Positions 44,651 through 52,435 of a stretch of 64,000 nucleotides of DNA are shown one piece after another; position 1 is the stretch's first letter; the number at the start of each line of letters is the position of its first letter. The translations under genes were made by a program, and so were the position numbers. The DNA is taken from contig CAZVIZ010000002.1 of NCBI GenBank assembly GCA_964627215.1, positions 612 through 64,611 of the forward strand, in the 5' to 3' direction. The notes below the pieces were generated by a model, which had not been told where the DNA came from, searched no databases, and worked only from the letters and a program-made list of their open reading frames with translations. This DNA comes from an uncultured Dehalococcoidales bacterium. Lineage in GTDB: Bacteria; Chloroflexota; Dehalococcoidia; Dehalococcoidales; E44-bin46.

Positions 44651-45699
44651 CTCTGTAAAACCTCCATCGCTCGTTCTGCTGCCGAGATTCCGTGGGCGAT
44701 TGAATCGGGGATGTCTTTGGGGCTCTGGCAGGCACCGGCAAGGAACACTCCGTCTACATTGGTATCTGTTGAGTTGAACTTCGCCTTGGTGGCGAGGAAG
44801 CCGTTGTCAGCCAGGCTTATGCCCAGGGTCTGGGCCACGTCCCAGGAGTCGTCTCTGGGGGAGATGCCCACCGAGAGGGTCACCAGGTCAAATATCTCTC
44901 GCTCCACTTTCCCGTTGACGATGTTCTCAAAGCGCACCTCCAGCTGCTTGTCAGCGGTTTCCAGTATCTCTACGGGGACGCCGCGGACGAAGCGAACGGA
45001 CTCCTTGCTCTCCTCGTAGCTGGGCGTGAAGCCCTTGCCCGCTGTCTGGAGGTCTATGTAGAAGATGGTCACCTCGGCTTCGGGGTCGTTGTAGTTGATG
45101 AGGTTGGCCAGCCTGATGGCGTATTTACAACATACGTGGGAGCAGTAGTTGTGCTTCTCATCCCTGGAGCCGACGCACTGTATAAAGGCTATCTTCTTAG
45201 CCTTCCTGTTGTTGGTGGGCAGCTTAAGCTCGCCCTCGGTGCGGAACATTTTCTCCAGGTCCAGGCCGCTAACGATGTTGGGGTAGCGGCCGTAGCTCAG
45301 GCAGCCGAGCTCCTTGGCGTTAAACGCCTTGAAGCCGGTGGCGGCGATTACCGCGCTCGCCTTAAGCGTCTCTGTCTCTTGGGGCGACATATGTTGGGCA
45401 TTGCGTGCTACCTCCACCTGGAAGTCCCCCGTCTCTCCGGTTACTGCGGTTACCGTGGAATTGGCCATGACAGATACGCGGGGGTGGTCACTGACTTCGG
45501 CCACCTTCTGGGGAACCAGACAGGCCGAGCACTTGGTACAGGCTTCGGTGGCCTTACAGCAGAACTCAACAGCCTGGCCGCCCAGGCTGTCTTCCTTCTC
45601 TATAAGATGTACGTCATAACCGTTGTTGGCTAGTTCCAACGCCGAGGTTATACCCGCGATGCCACCGCCGATCACTACGATAGACTTGGTCTCTTTCAT
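44641..45699 (-). CDS. HdrA-like flavoprotein, N-terminal-type unit
   Basis: Motifs VVIGGGIAGITSALELA, CTKCSAC, IQCVGSRDEKHNYCSHVCCKYA and GVFLAGACQSPKDI. It overlaps the downstream unit by 10 nt (ATGCGCGTAA). Confidence 0.8.
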   Translation of the reverse strand: MKETKSIVVIGGGIAGITSALELANNGYDVHLIEKEDSLGGQAVEFCCKATEACTKCSACLVPQKVAEVSDHPRVSVMANSTVTAVTGETGDFQVEVARNAQHMSPQETETLKASAVIAATGFKAFNAKELGCLSYGRYPNIVSGLDLEKMFRTEGELKLPTNNRKAKKIAFIQCVGSRDEKHNYCSHVCCKYAIRLANLINYNDPEAEVTIFYIDLQTAGKGFTPSYEESKESVRFVRGVPVEILETADKQLEVRFENIVNGKVEREIFDLVTLSVGISPRDDSWDVAQTLGISLADNGFLATKAKFNSTDTNVDGVFLAGACQSPKDIPDSIAHGISAAERAMEVLQRCA

Positions 45700-45702
45700 G
45701 AT

Positions 45703-46110
45703 TTACTTAGTCTTTCCTCCTAGGAGTGTCTTCACTCTTTTTAGAAGCTCCTCGGGATCGATGGGTTTGTGCATGTAGTCATCAGCCTCCATCAACATCC
45801 CTTCATTTACAGCCAGTCCGGCGCCCTCTCTTTCGTCAGGATAGACGGTGAGCATAAGCACCGGAATCTTGGAGAAGAAGTAGTATTTTTCATTGGTCTT
45901 GAGGTCGCGGCAAACCTCAAACCCGTTCTTGCCGGGCATGACTACGTCCAGGATAATCAGATCCGGCTTCTCCTCTATGATCTTCTCCAGACCCTCGACC
46001 CCGTCCATCGCCTGACTGACCTCATAGCCCTCGCTATCCAGGACCTTCTTCAGCACTTTCTGTAGGTTGGCGTCATCGTCTATGGTTAGGATTCTAGTTT
46101 TCTTGTCCAT
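45703..46110 (-). CDS. stand-alone response-regulator receiver protein (CheY-like, no output domain)
   Basis: Receiver motifs ILTIDDD, DLIILDVVMPG and KP. Only 135 aa long. Its stop lies 3 nt before the hdrA-like start. Confidence 0.88.
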   Translation of the reverse strand: MDKKTRILTIDDDANLQKVLKKVLDSEGYEVSQAMDGVEGLEKIIEEKPDLIILDVVMPGKNGFEVCRDLKTNEKYYFFSKIPVLMLTVYPDEREGAGLAVNEGMLMEADDYMHKPIDPEELLKRVKTLLGGKTK

Positions 46111-46142
46111 TTGCCCCTCCTTTGTCGGGTTCTCGCTTCCTT

Positions 46143-47300
46143 TTAGCCTGCCCCCTCTATGGGGACCTTATCTGGGACATCCTTGCGGGCTTTGGGGAGG
46201 GTGAAGATGAACTGGCTGCCCTTGTCCTTGTCTGGGGGAGGGCTTATCGCCCATAGCTTCCCTTGGTGGGACTCTACTATCTGTCTGGCGATAGCAAGCC
46301 CCAGGCCGGCCCCCCGCTCGGTAAGGTCAAGGCCGCGGTAGAACTCGTCAAATATCCTGGGCAGCTCTTTGGGGGAGATGCCGATGCCCGTGTCGGTTAC
46401 CTTCACCCTAATGTAGTCATCTTCGTCCCTTGCCTTTACAGTCACCTTGCCCCCCTTGGCGGGAGTATATTTAATGGCATTGGATATCAAATTTATCAAA
46501 ACGTGCTTTATCTGGGCGCCATCCGCGCTTACCTCGGGGATCTCCTGGGTGGTTTCATCGCTTATCTTTAGCCCCTTATCGTCGGCCAGGGGCAGCATCT
46601 CGCTTACGGAGTCCTTTATAAGTTCGCTTAGAGATATCTTGCTCACCACTGTATCTCTGATGCCGATGCGGGACAGGCTTGCGATGTTGTTCAGCGTCTC
46701 CAGCAGGTTAGTTATGCCCTTGCTGCTGCTCTGGAGCATCTCCCGCTGCTCCTCGTCCAGCTGGCCGCAGTATCCGCCCAGTATCAGCTTGTTTACCGAC
46801 TCCACCGCCGCCAGCGGGGCCTTGATGTCGTGGAACACGATGGAGAGTATGTGCCCCAGGGTGTCGTTGGTATGCTCCAGGCGGGAGGAAACCACCTTGG
46901 CCACGTTGTTCATCACCTTGGCCGCCGAATCCGGGTTCTCCTCCAGCCAGCGTCGGATAACCCTGGAGTCCAGGGCGATGACCTCGGCCTTCTCCAAGGT
47001 CCTGCCGGTGAGGGTATGGATATAAGGACTTACTAGACCGGAGCGACCAAGGCACCCCCCGCGGGTAACCACGCCTATGGTGGCCTTACCCTTGCCGCGG
47101 CCTATATTGAGGTCCATTTCCAGTGAAACTGTTCCTGTTTCCACGATGTAAACAGAGTGTACGGGCTCGCCCGGCGAGAAGAGGATCTTGCCTGCCTCGT
47201 AGACCTCCTCACGACAGAACGGCAACAACTGCCTCAACTGTTCGTCGCTTACCCCTCTGAAAAGCTCCGATAAGCGCAGAATGTTCTCAATGAAATACAT
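46143..47300 (-). CDS. cytoplasmic sensor histidine kinase with N-terminal cyclic-nucleotide-binding (CAP effector-like) domain
   Basis: The N-terminal ~120 aa resemble cNMP-binding beta-barrels (LFRGVSDEQL...G.ILFSPGEP...VYIVETGTV). It has the H-box FHDIKAPL and the N, G1 and G2 boxes (LISNAIKYT, DTGIGI, GAGLGLAI). No TM segment is present. Confidence 0.8.
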   Translation of the reverse strand: MYFIENILRLSELFRGVSDEQLRQLLPFCREEVYEAGKILFSPGEPVHSVYIVETGTVSLEMDLNIGRGKGKATIGVVTRGGCLGRSGLVSPYIHTLTGRTLEKAEVIALDSRVIRRWLEENPDSAAKVMNNVAKVVSSRLEHTNDTLGHILSIVFHDIKAPLAAVESVNKLILGGYCGQLDEEQREMLQSSSKGITNLLETLNNIASLSRIGIRDTVVSKISLSELIKDSVSEMLPLADDKGLKISDETTQEIPEVSADGAQIKHVLINLISNAIKYTPAKGGKVTVKARDEDDYIRVKVTDTGIGISPKELPRIFDEFYRGLDLTERGAGLGLAIARQIVESHQGKLWAISPPPDKDKGSQFIFTLPKARKDVPDKVPIEGAG

Positions 47301-47477
47301 CTGCCGAGCCCCAATTAGCTACTCTACTCCGAAACGGTGGCCCTGCCAAGCGCCAAAAGGCGTACGCCTTTTGGGTGGCCGATTTAATTTAGTCGGCGCA
47401 TTCTGCTATAATGTTAACATAAATAGGGAGTGCGGCATCCTGCCTTCCTTCTTCGCTCTGAAGGGGGACAAGTCTTT

Positions 47478-48146
47478 ATGGAAAAGATCAAAGTTCTTTT
47501 GGCCGAGGACCATGCTGTCGTGCGGCAGGGCATAAGGGAGCTTATCCAGCGGGCGGATGATATAGATATTGTAGGTGAGGTAGGGGACGGGGAGGCGGCG
47601 GTGGAGGCCGCCGCCGAGCTTAAGCCAGACGTCATCCTGATGGATATATCCATGCCCAAGCTGGATGGCATAGCCGCCACCCGTATCATAAAGGAGTCCC
47701 ACCCTTCCATAGGCATATTGGTCCTTACCGCTTACGATAACGAGGAGTTCATCTTTGCCCTTATGGAGGCGGGGGCGGCGGGTTACCTACTCAAGAACGT
47801 TGAGAGCAGCCAGCTCCTAAACGCCATTCGCGCCGTTTACGACGGCGAGTCCGTGCTTCACCCCACCATAGCCAAGAAGCTGTTGAGCCGCCTATCTTCT
47901 CGCATGGAGCGCCGTCCCGAGACGGAGCGTGAGGAGATACTCACCGAGAGGGAGTTGGAGGTGCTGAAGCTGGGGGCGGGGGGGTTGGCCAACAAGCAGA
48001 TAGCCACCGCCCTGGACCTGGGGGAGCGCACGGTTCAGACTCATTGGAGGAACATCTTCAATAAGCTGGGGGTCAGCTCCCGCACCGAGGCCGTTATGCG
48101 GGGCTTAAGTCGGGGCTGGATAGCCGTGGTCTCAGAGGAAGAATGA
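47478..48146 (+). CDS. NarL/FixJ (LuxR-type HTH) response regulator
   Basis: Receiver domain (VLLAEDH, DVILMDISMP) plus a C-terminal LuxR HTH (LTERELEVLKL...NKQIA..L..S.RTVQTH). The ATG at 47478 is preferred over the longer track ORF. Confidence 0.9.
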   Translation: MEKIKVLLAEDHAVVRQGIRELIQRADDIDIVGEVGDGEAAVEAAAELKPDVILMDISMPKLDGIAATRIIKESHPSIGILVLTAYDNEEFIFALMEAGAAGYLLKNVESSQLLNAIRAVYDGESVLHPTIAKKLLSRLSSRMERRPETEREEILTERELEVLKLGAGGLANKQIATALDLGERTVQTHWRNIFNKLGVSSRTEAVMRGLSRGWIAVVSEEE

Positions 48147-50161
48147 GGGTTGTTAGAAGAGTAAAACGTTTCCTCCCCCCCTGGTTGCGAAAAGCCCATT
48201 TTTGGGGTGTTATCGCGGCGCTTACGGCGGCTATTTGCTTGCACTACTTGGAGGGGGCGCCCCTGGTCGTTGGGGGGGGAGTGGTGGGCCAATCCGGGCT
48301 TGCCCGCCCTACTATCGCCCGGCTTGTTTTCCTGGGGCCCATGATATATGCCGCCTTCGCCCTGGGCTTCAGGGGAGGTATCGCTGTGCTGGTGGCCTCG
48401 GCGGCGGCGATGATACCCCGTGCGGTGATGCTTTCAGATTATCCCCGGGACGCTCTGTTTGAGGCCTTGATGGTCATAACGGTGGGTGCCCTGGTCAACT
48501 GGTGGCTGCGCTCACGCCGCTGTGAGAGCGGTCGGCGGGAGCAGATGATGGAGCAACTTGATGCCAAGCAGCGCGAGCTTCAGTCCTACATCCATTCCAT
48601 TAAGGCCAACGAGAGGCGTATCTCCGCCCTGCACTCCGTCTCCTCAGCCTTCAACCAGTCCCTGGAGATGCAGGAGCTGTTTGATACCGTGGGAGATAAG
48701 ATCGTGGGCGTGATGGACGTGGATGCGGTTGTCTTATATCTCCTTGACGAGAAGGGGGAGAAGCTGCACTTAAAGGTGTCCCGTGGTCTTTCCGCTGAAT
48801 TCGCTCACAAGATAGCCGAGATGGGGGTGGGGGAGGGGCTTAACGGGTGGGTGGCCCAGACCGGCGAGCCGTGCGTGGTGCGGGATTCCACCCTGGACTT
48901 AAGGGTAGAGCCGCGGCTGGTGCGGGGGGAGGGCATAAAGTCCCAGTTCGTGCTGCCCCTTAAGAGTGGTGACAGGGTTATGGGAACCCTGGGCGTGGCC
49001 ACTCGCGATGTCAGGCAGTTCACCACTGAGGAAGAGGAGCTTTTGGTGCTCATCAGCATACAGCTCAGCCTAGCTCTGGAGAAAGCTCGCTTCTTCCAGG
49101 AGCTGCAGCGGGTGGGACGTCGCTTCAAGGAGGTATTTGAGAAGGCCTACGACGCTATCTGGATTCAGGATCTCTCCGGCACTATAACTAACGTAAACCG
49201 TGCCGTGGCCACCATACTGGGTGCCGATCCTGACGAACTAGTGGGTCGCAACGTAACCGAGTTCCTCACCCCGGGGGGGGTGGAGGTGGCGCGGGAGGTT
49301 CGCCTGAAGCTGCTGCGCGGGGAGCCTATAAAGCAGCCCTATGAACAGCATATCTTGAGGAAGGACGGCACCAAGGCGATGCTGATGTTGACCACCAGCC
49401 TGTTGGAGGATGAGGGGCGGCCCTCGGCCTTCCAGCACATCGCTCGTGATATCACCGAGGAGATAAAGCTCAGGGAGTCCCTGGAGCTTTATGCTGCTCA
49501 GATAAGCAAGGCCCACGAGGAGGAGCGCAAGCGCATCGCCCGCGAGCTTCACGACGATACCATTCAGACCATGATAGCCATCTCACGCCGCCTGGACGGT
49601 CTAGCCGCCGAGGATGCGATGGTGCTGGGTGAGGGTGGGGTGTCCTTGAAACAGCTCAAGGAAGACATAGACGAGGCCTTGGTGAGGACGCGGCGCTTTG
49701 TCCAGGACCTGCGTCCTCCCACACTGGAGTACCTGGGCCTGATGGCGGCGCTGAGAGAGCTGACTAACGAGTTGAGGGAGCAGTCTCAGATACGGGTGGG
49801 GTTGAAGATAAAGGGTTCGGAGCGCCGCTTCACCTCAGACGAGGAGCTGCTTATATATCGTATCGTGCAGGAGGCCCTTAGTAACGTGTGGAAGCACTCC
49901 CAGGCCAGTAGGGTGAGCATCAATATAGAGTTCGCCAAGGGCTTGACGACGGTGGTCGTGGCCGACGATGGTCGGGGGTGTGAGGCGGACTTCAGCTCGG
50001 AGTTCCTCAAGGCGGGCAAGTTGGGGATGATGGGTATGAAGGAGAGGGCGCATCTACTTGGGGGCAATCTCTCAGTGAGTTCCAAGCTGGGCGAAGGCAC
50101 TACGGTAACACTTGAGATACCCAGCAAGCGGACGGCGGTGGGGATGTCTCTAGATGAATGA
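48143..50161 (+). CDS. membrane sensor histidine kinase (TM region, GAF, PAS, HisKA_3, HATPase)
   Basis: The N-terminal ~120 aa are hydrophobic, followed by GAF-like and PAS-like regions. It has the NarX/DegS-type H-box ELHDDTIQ and a HATPase domain (DDGRG, GMMGMKER). An ATGA overlap links it to the regulator gene. Confidence 0.85.
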   Translation: MRVVRRVKRFLPPWLRKAHFWGVIAALTAAICLHYLEGAPLVVGGGVVGQSGLARPTIARLVFLGPMIYAAFALGFRGGIAVLVASAAAMIPRAVMLSDYPRDALFEALMVITVGALVNWWLRSRRCESGRREQMMEQLDAKQRELQSYIHSIKANERRISALHSVSSAFNQSLEMQELFDTVGDKIVGVMDVDAVVLYLLDEKGEKLHLKVSRGLSAEFAHKIAEMGVGEGLNGWVAQTGEPCVVRDSTLDLRVEPRLVRGEGIKSQFVLPLKSGDRVMGTLGVATRDVRQFTTEEEELLVLISIQLSLALEKARFFQELQRVGRRFKEVFEKAYDAIWIQDLSGTITNVNRAVATILGADPDELVGRNVTEFLTPGGVEVAREVRLKLLRGEPIKQPYEQHILRKDGTKAMLMLTTSLLEDEGRPSAFQHIARDITEEIKLRESLELYAAQISKAHEEERKRIARELHDDTIQTMIAISRRLDGLAAEDAMVLGEGGVSLKQLKEDIDEALVRTRRFVQDLRPPTLEYLGLMAALRELTNELREQSQIRVGLKIKGSERRFTSDEELLIYRIVQEALSNVWKHSQASRVSINIEFAKGLTTVVVADDGRGCEADFSSEFLKAGKLGMMGMKERAHLLGGNLSVSSKLGEGTTVTLEIPSKRTAVGMSLDE

Positions 50162-50172
50162 TGAGATGGGAG

Positions 50173-50249
50173 TGGCGACCCCGAGGGGATTTGAACCCCT
50201 GATCTCCACCGTGACAGGGTGGCATGTTAGACCGCTACACCACGGGGCC
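50173..50249 (-). tRNA. tRNA-Asp (anticodon GTC), CCA encoded
   Basis: The reverse complement folds as a cloverleaf: acceptor GGCCCCG/CGGGGTC, anticodon arm CCACC-CTGTCAC-GGTGG, T arm AGGGG-TTCAAAT-CCCCT, and a terminal GCCA. Confidence 0.9.
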
Positions 50250-50316
50250 ATCCTTCAGTCAACATAAGTTTATCAATAACTCGTCCGTTCTGTCAAACCT
50301 CCCGCATCGGCATGCC

Positions 50317-50345
50317 TTGCTAACTGCGGCGATTTCAAGTATACT
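50317..50345 (+). promoter_or_regulatory. sigma-70-like promoter candidate for rpsF-ssb-rpsR
   Basis: TTGCTA, a 17-nt spacer, then TATACT. An additional TATAAT lies at about 50374. Confidence 0.35.
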
Positions 50346-50404
50346 AGCTATTTGTAATCCTTATGCTAAGGTAATATAATATATCACGATTTTTTGGGGA
50401 TGTA

Positions 50405-50800
50405 ATGGTATCAGAGAAGAAGACGATGAGGCCGGCAAGGGCGGCTAAGACGACCCGGTCGGCGAGGGCGGCCAAAGCGGCCAAGCGCAAGGCGGAGACT
50501 CGCTCCGATAGTGGGGTGCGCGACTATGAGCTTACGGTTATCCTTAGCCCCGCGTTGGAGGAGGAGAAAGTGGATACCGTCCTGGATGGCATAAGCAAGC
50601 TCATCGCTGCCGGTGGCGGCGCCGTGGCCAACGTGGACCGTTGGGGCAAGCGCAAGCTGGCCTATCCCATCAGAGGCTTCTTGGAGGGCACCTATGTGCT
50701 GACCCAGTTCAACATGAAACCTGGGGAGACCAAGGAGCTGGAGTCCAAGCTGCTTATATCCGAGGACGTCCTGCGCCATTTGCTCATCAAGGTGGCGTAG
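50405..50800 (+). CDS. rpsF: 30S ribosomal protein S6 (with possible basic N-terminal extension)
   Basis: The core YELTVILSP...WGKRKLAYPI is typical S6. ATG 50405 has a GGGGA SD about 6-7 nt upstream. An alternative in-frame GTG at 50516 would give a canonical-length protein. Confidence 0.88.
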   Translation: MVSEKKTMRPARAAKTTRSARAAKAAKRKAETRSDSGVRDYELTVILSPALEEEKVDTVLDGISKLIAAGGGAVANVDRWGKRKLAYPIRGFLEGTYVLTQFNMKPGETKELESKLLISEDVLRHLLIKVA

Positions 50801-50840
50801 CTAAACTGGGGGGGTATCGCTTTCCCGGAGAGGTTGGTTA

Positions 50841-51266
50841 ATGATGGCAAGCGTTAATAAGCTGATAATCATCGGCAACCTGGGCAGCGACCCGGAGATG
50901 CGCTTCACTCCAAACGGCAATCCGGTGACCTCTTTCCGCGTGGCCACCAACTGGCGCTACACCAACAGCCAGGGCGAGCGCCAGGAGGAGACGCAGTGGT
51001 TTACAGTGGTAACCTGGAACAGGCTGGCTGAGCAGTGTAACCAGTTCCTCACCAAGGGACGCCTGGTCTACGCCGAGGGCAGACTGCGCACTCGCAGCTG
51101 GGACGGCCAGGATGGCCAGAAGCACTTCACCAACGAGATAATAGCTAACAAGGTGACCTTTCTGGACAAGCAGGGGGCTGCGCCCCTGTCCGAGGAGGGC
51201 CTTGTGGAGTCGCCTCAGGATGCCGGCGGGGAGCTGACGCCTGAGGACGTCTCTTTTGACGATTAG
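50841..51266 (+). CDS. ssb: single-stranded DNA-binding protein
   Basis: OB-fold N-terminus (NKLIIIGNLGSDPEMRFTPNG...WF.V..W) and an acidic C-terminal tip. It has the canonical position between rpsF and rpsR. Confidence 0.92.
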   Translation: MMASVNKLIIIGNLGSDPEMRFTPNGNPVTSFRVATNWRYTNSQGERQEETQWFTVVTWNRLAEQCNQFLTKGRLVYAEGRLRTRSWDGQDGQKHFTNEIIANKVTFLDKQGAAPLSEEGLVESPQDAGGELTPEDVSFDD

Positions 51267-51345
51267 TATATTAAGAAAGGATCTTATACGTGTTTGTCTC
51301 ACAACATAACTTGAGCTTCAAGTCTGGGAAGGGGGTGGCCTAACC

Positions 51346-51639
51346 ATGCCTAGACGTAAGGTTTGCCCTTTCTGCGCTGGCAAGGTTAGCCTGGCCAACT
51401 ACAAGGAGTCTTCCAGGCTGAGCCGCTTCATTTCGGACAGGGGTAAGATAGAGCCACGGCGCAAGACGGGCGTCTGCGCCAGACATCAGCGCATACTAGC
51501 CACGGCCATAAAGCGGGCCCGTCATCTGGCGCTGGTGCCTCTTGTACCGGCGCATATAAATAGGACTGGTGGCGTGGGTCTGCGCGAGCATTCCCGCTAC
51601 GGTGCCGAACGACATAACGCTATGCGGAATTCACGTTAA
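51346..51639 (+). CDS. rpsR: 30S ribosomal protein S18
   Basis: Motifs CPFC...YK....[28 protein letters not shown]. It has a C-terminal tail about 25 aa longer than usual. Confidence 0.9.
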   Translation: MPRRKVCPFCAGKVSLANYKESSRLSRFISDRGKIEPRRKTGVCARHQRILATAIKRARHLALVPLVPAHINRTGGVGLREHSRYGAERHNAMRNSR

Positions 51640-51640
51640 A

Positions 51641-51781
51641 GTGCCTAAGAGAACATATCAACCAAAAAAGATTCCCAGAAGGCGGGAGCACGGCTTCCGG
51701 GCACGGATGAGCTCCCGGGGTGGCCGTGCCGTATTGAGAGCGAGGAGGCTTAAGGGTCGCAAAAAGCTGACTGTGGTGTGA
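51641..51781 (+). CDS. rpmH: 50S ribosomal protein L34
   Basis: (V)[39 protein letters not shown]. The GTG start lies 1 nt after the rpsR stop. Confidence 0.9.
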   Translation: MPKRTYQPKKIPRRREHGFRARMSSRGGRAVLRARRLKGRKKLTVV

Positions 51782-51819
51782 GGTAAGGGACATCTTCAGG
51801 GTAGCTCTGGTAAAGGGTT

Positions 51820-52176
51820 ATGAGAGGAGAACAGCATCTTACCAAGCGCAGCCAGTATTTGCGGGTCTATCGGCAGGGTAGAGCCTGGGCTGGTGGGGTG
51901 GTGGTGGTTAAGGCGGCGCCCAACGGTCTTGAGATACCCAGATACGGCCTTTCGGTCACTCGGAAGGTGGGCGGGGCCGTAGTTCGCAATAGGGTAAAGC
52001 GCCTTTTGCGCGAGAACCTCAAGGACTTAAAGCTGCGGCCGGGATGGGATATAGTGTTTATAGCCCGCTCTTCCGCCGCCTCGGCAGACTACCATGCGGT
52101 GAGCAGGTCGGTTAAGAGGATGCTTAACAAGGCTGACCTAATTGTAAATGGTGGGGAGGGGTTTGGTGGGGCTTAA
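51820..52176 (+). CDS. rnpA: ribonuclease P protein component
   Basis: Contains the RNR motif region KVGGAVVRNRVKRLLRE and lies after rpmH. Confidence 0.9.
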   Translation: MRGEQHLTKRSQYLRVYRQGRAWAGGVVVVKAAPNGLEIPRYGLSVTRKVGGAVVRNRVKRLLRENLKDLKLRPGWDIVFIARSSAASADYHAVSRSVKRMLNKADLIVNGGEGFGGA

Positions 52177-52197
52177 TAGACAAAAACGATTTGTTTT

Positions 52198-52422
52198 ATG
52201 AAAAAGATAGCCTTAATGCTCATCAGGTTCTACCAGGTGGCTATATCCCCCATGAGGCCGCCCGCCTGTCGCTACTATCCAACCTGCTCGCAGTATACCT
52301 ACGAGGCCATAGACAGGTTCGGCGTGATTAGGGGGGTGTGGTTGGGGTGGCGGCGCCTCATGCGCTGTCAGCCTTGTTACCCCGGCGGCTATGACCCCGT
52401 GCCTGAGCATTGGCACAGTTAA
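52198..52422 (+). CDS. yidD: membrane protein insertion efficiency factor YidD
   Basis: Motifs YQ..ISP......CRY.PTCS.Y...A....G...G..L...R..RC.P...GGYDPVP. Confidence 0.9.
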   Translation: MKKIALMLIRFYQVAISPMRPPACRYYPTCSQYTYEAIDRFGVIRGVWLGWRRLMRCQPCYPGGYDPVPEHWHS

Positions 52423-52435
52423 TAGAGATAGATAA

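Noticed and set aside
44630-44660. The hdrA-like N and C units as a frameshifted pseudogene
   Set aside because: The downstream unit has its own ATG inside a classic 10-nt overlap with the upstream TAA, and each ORF contains complete domains. The arrangement looks like translational coupling. Only read-level data could show otherwise.
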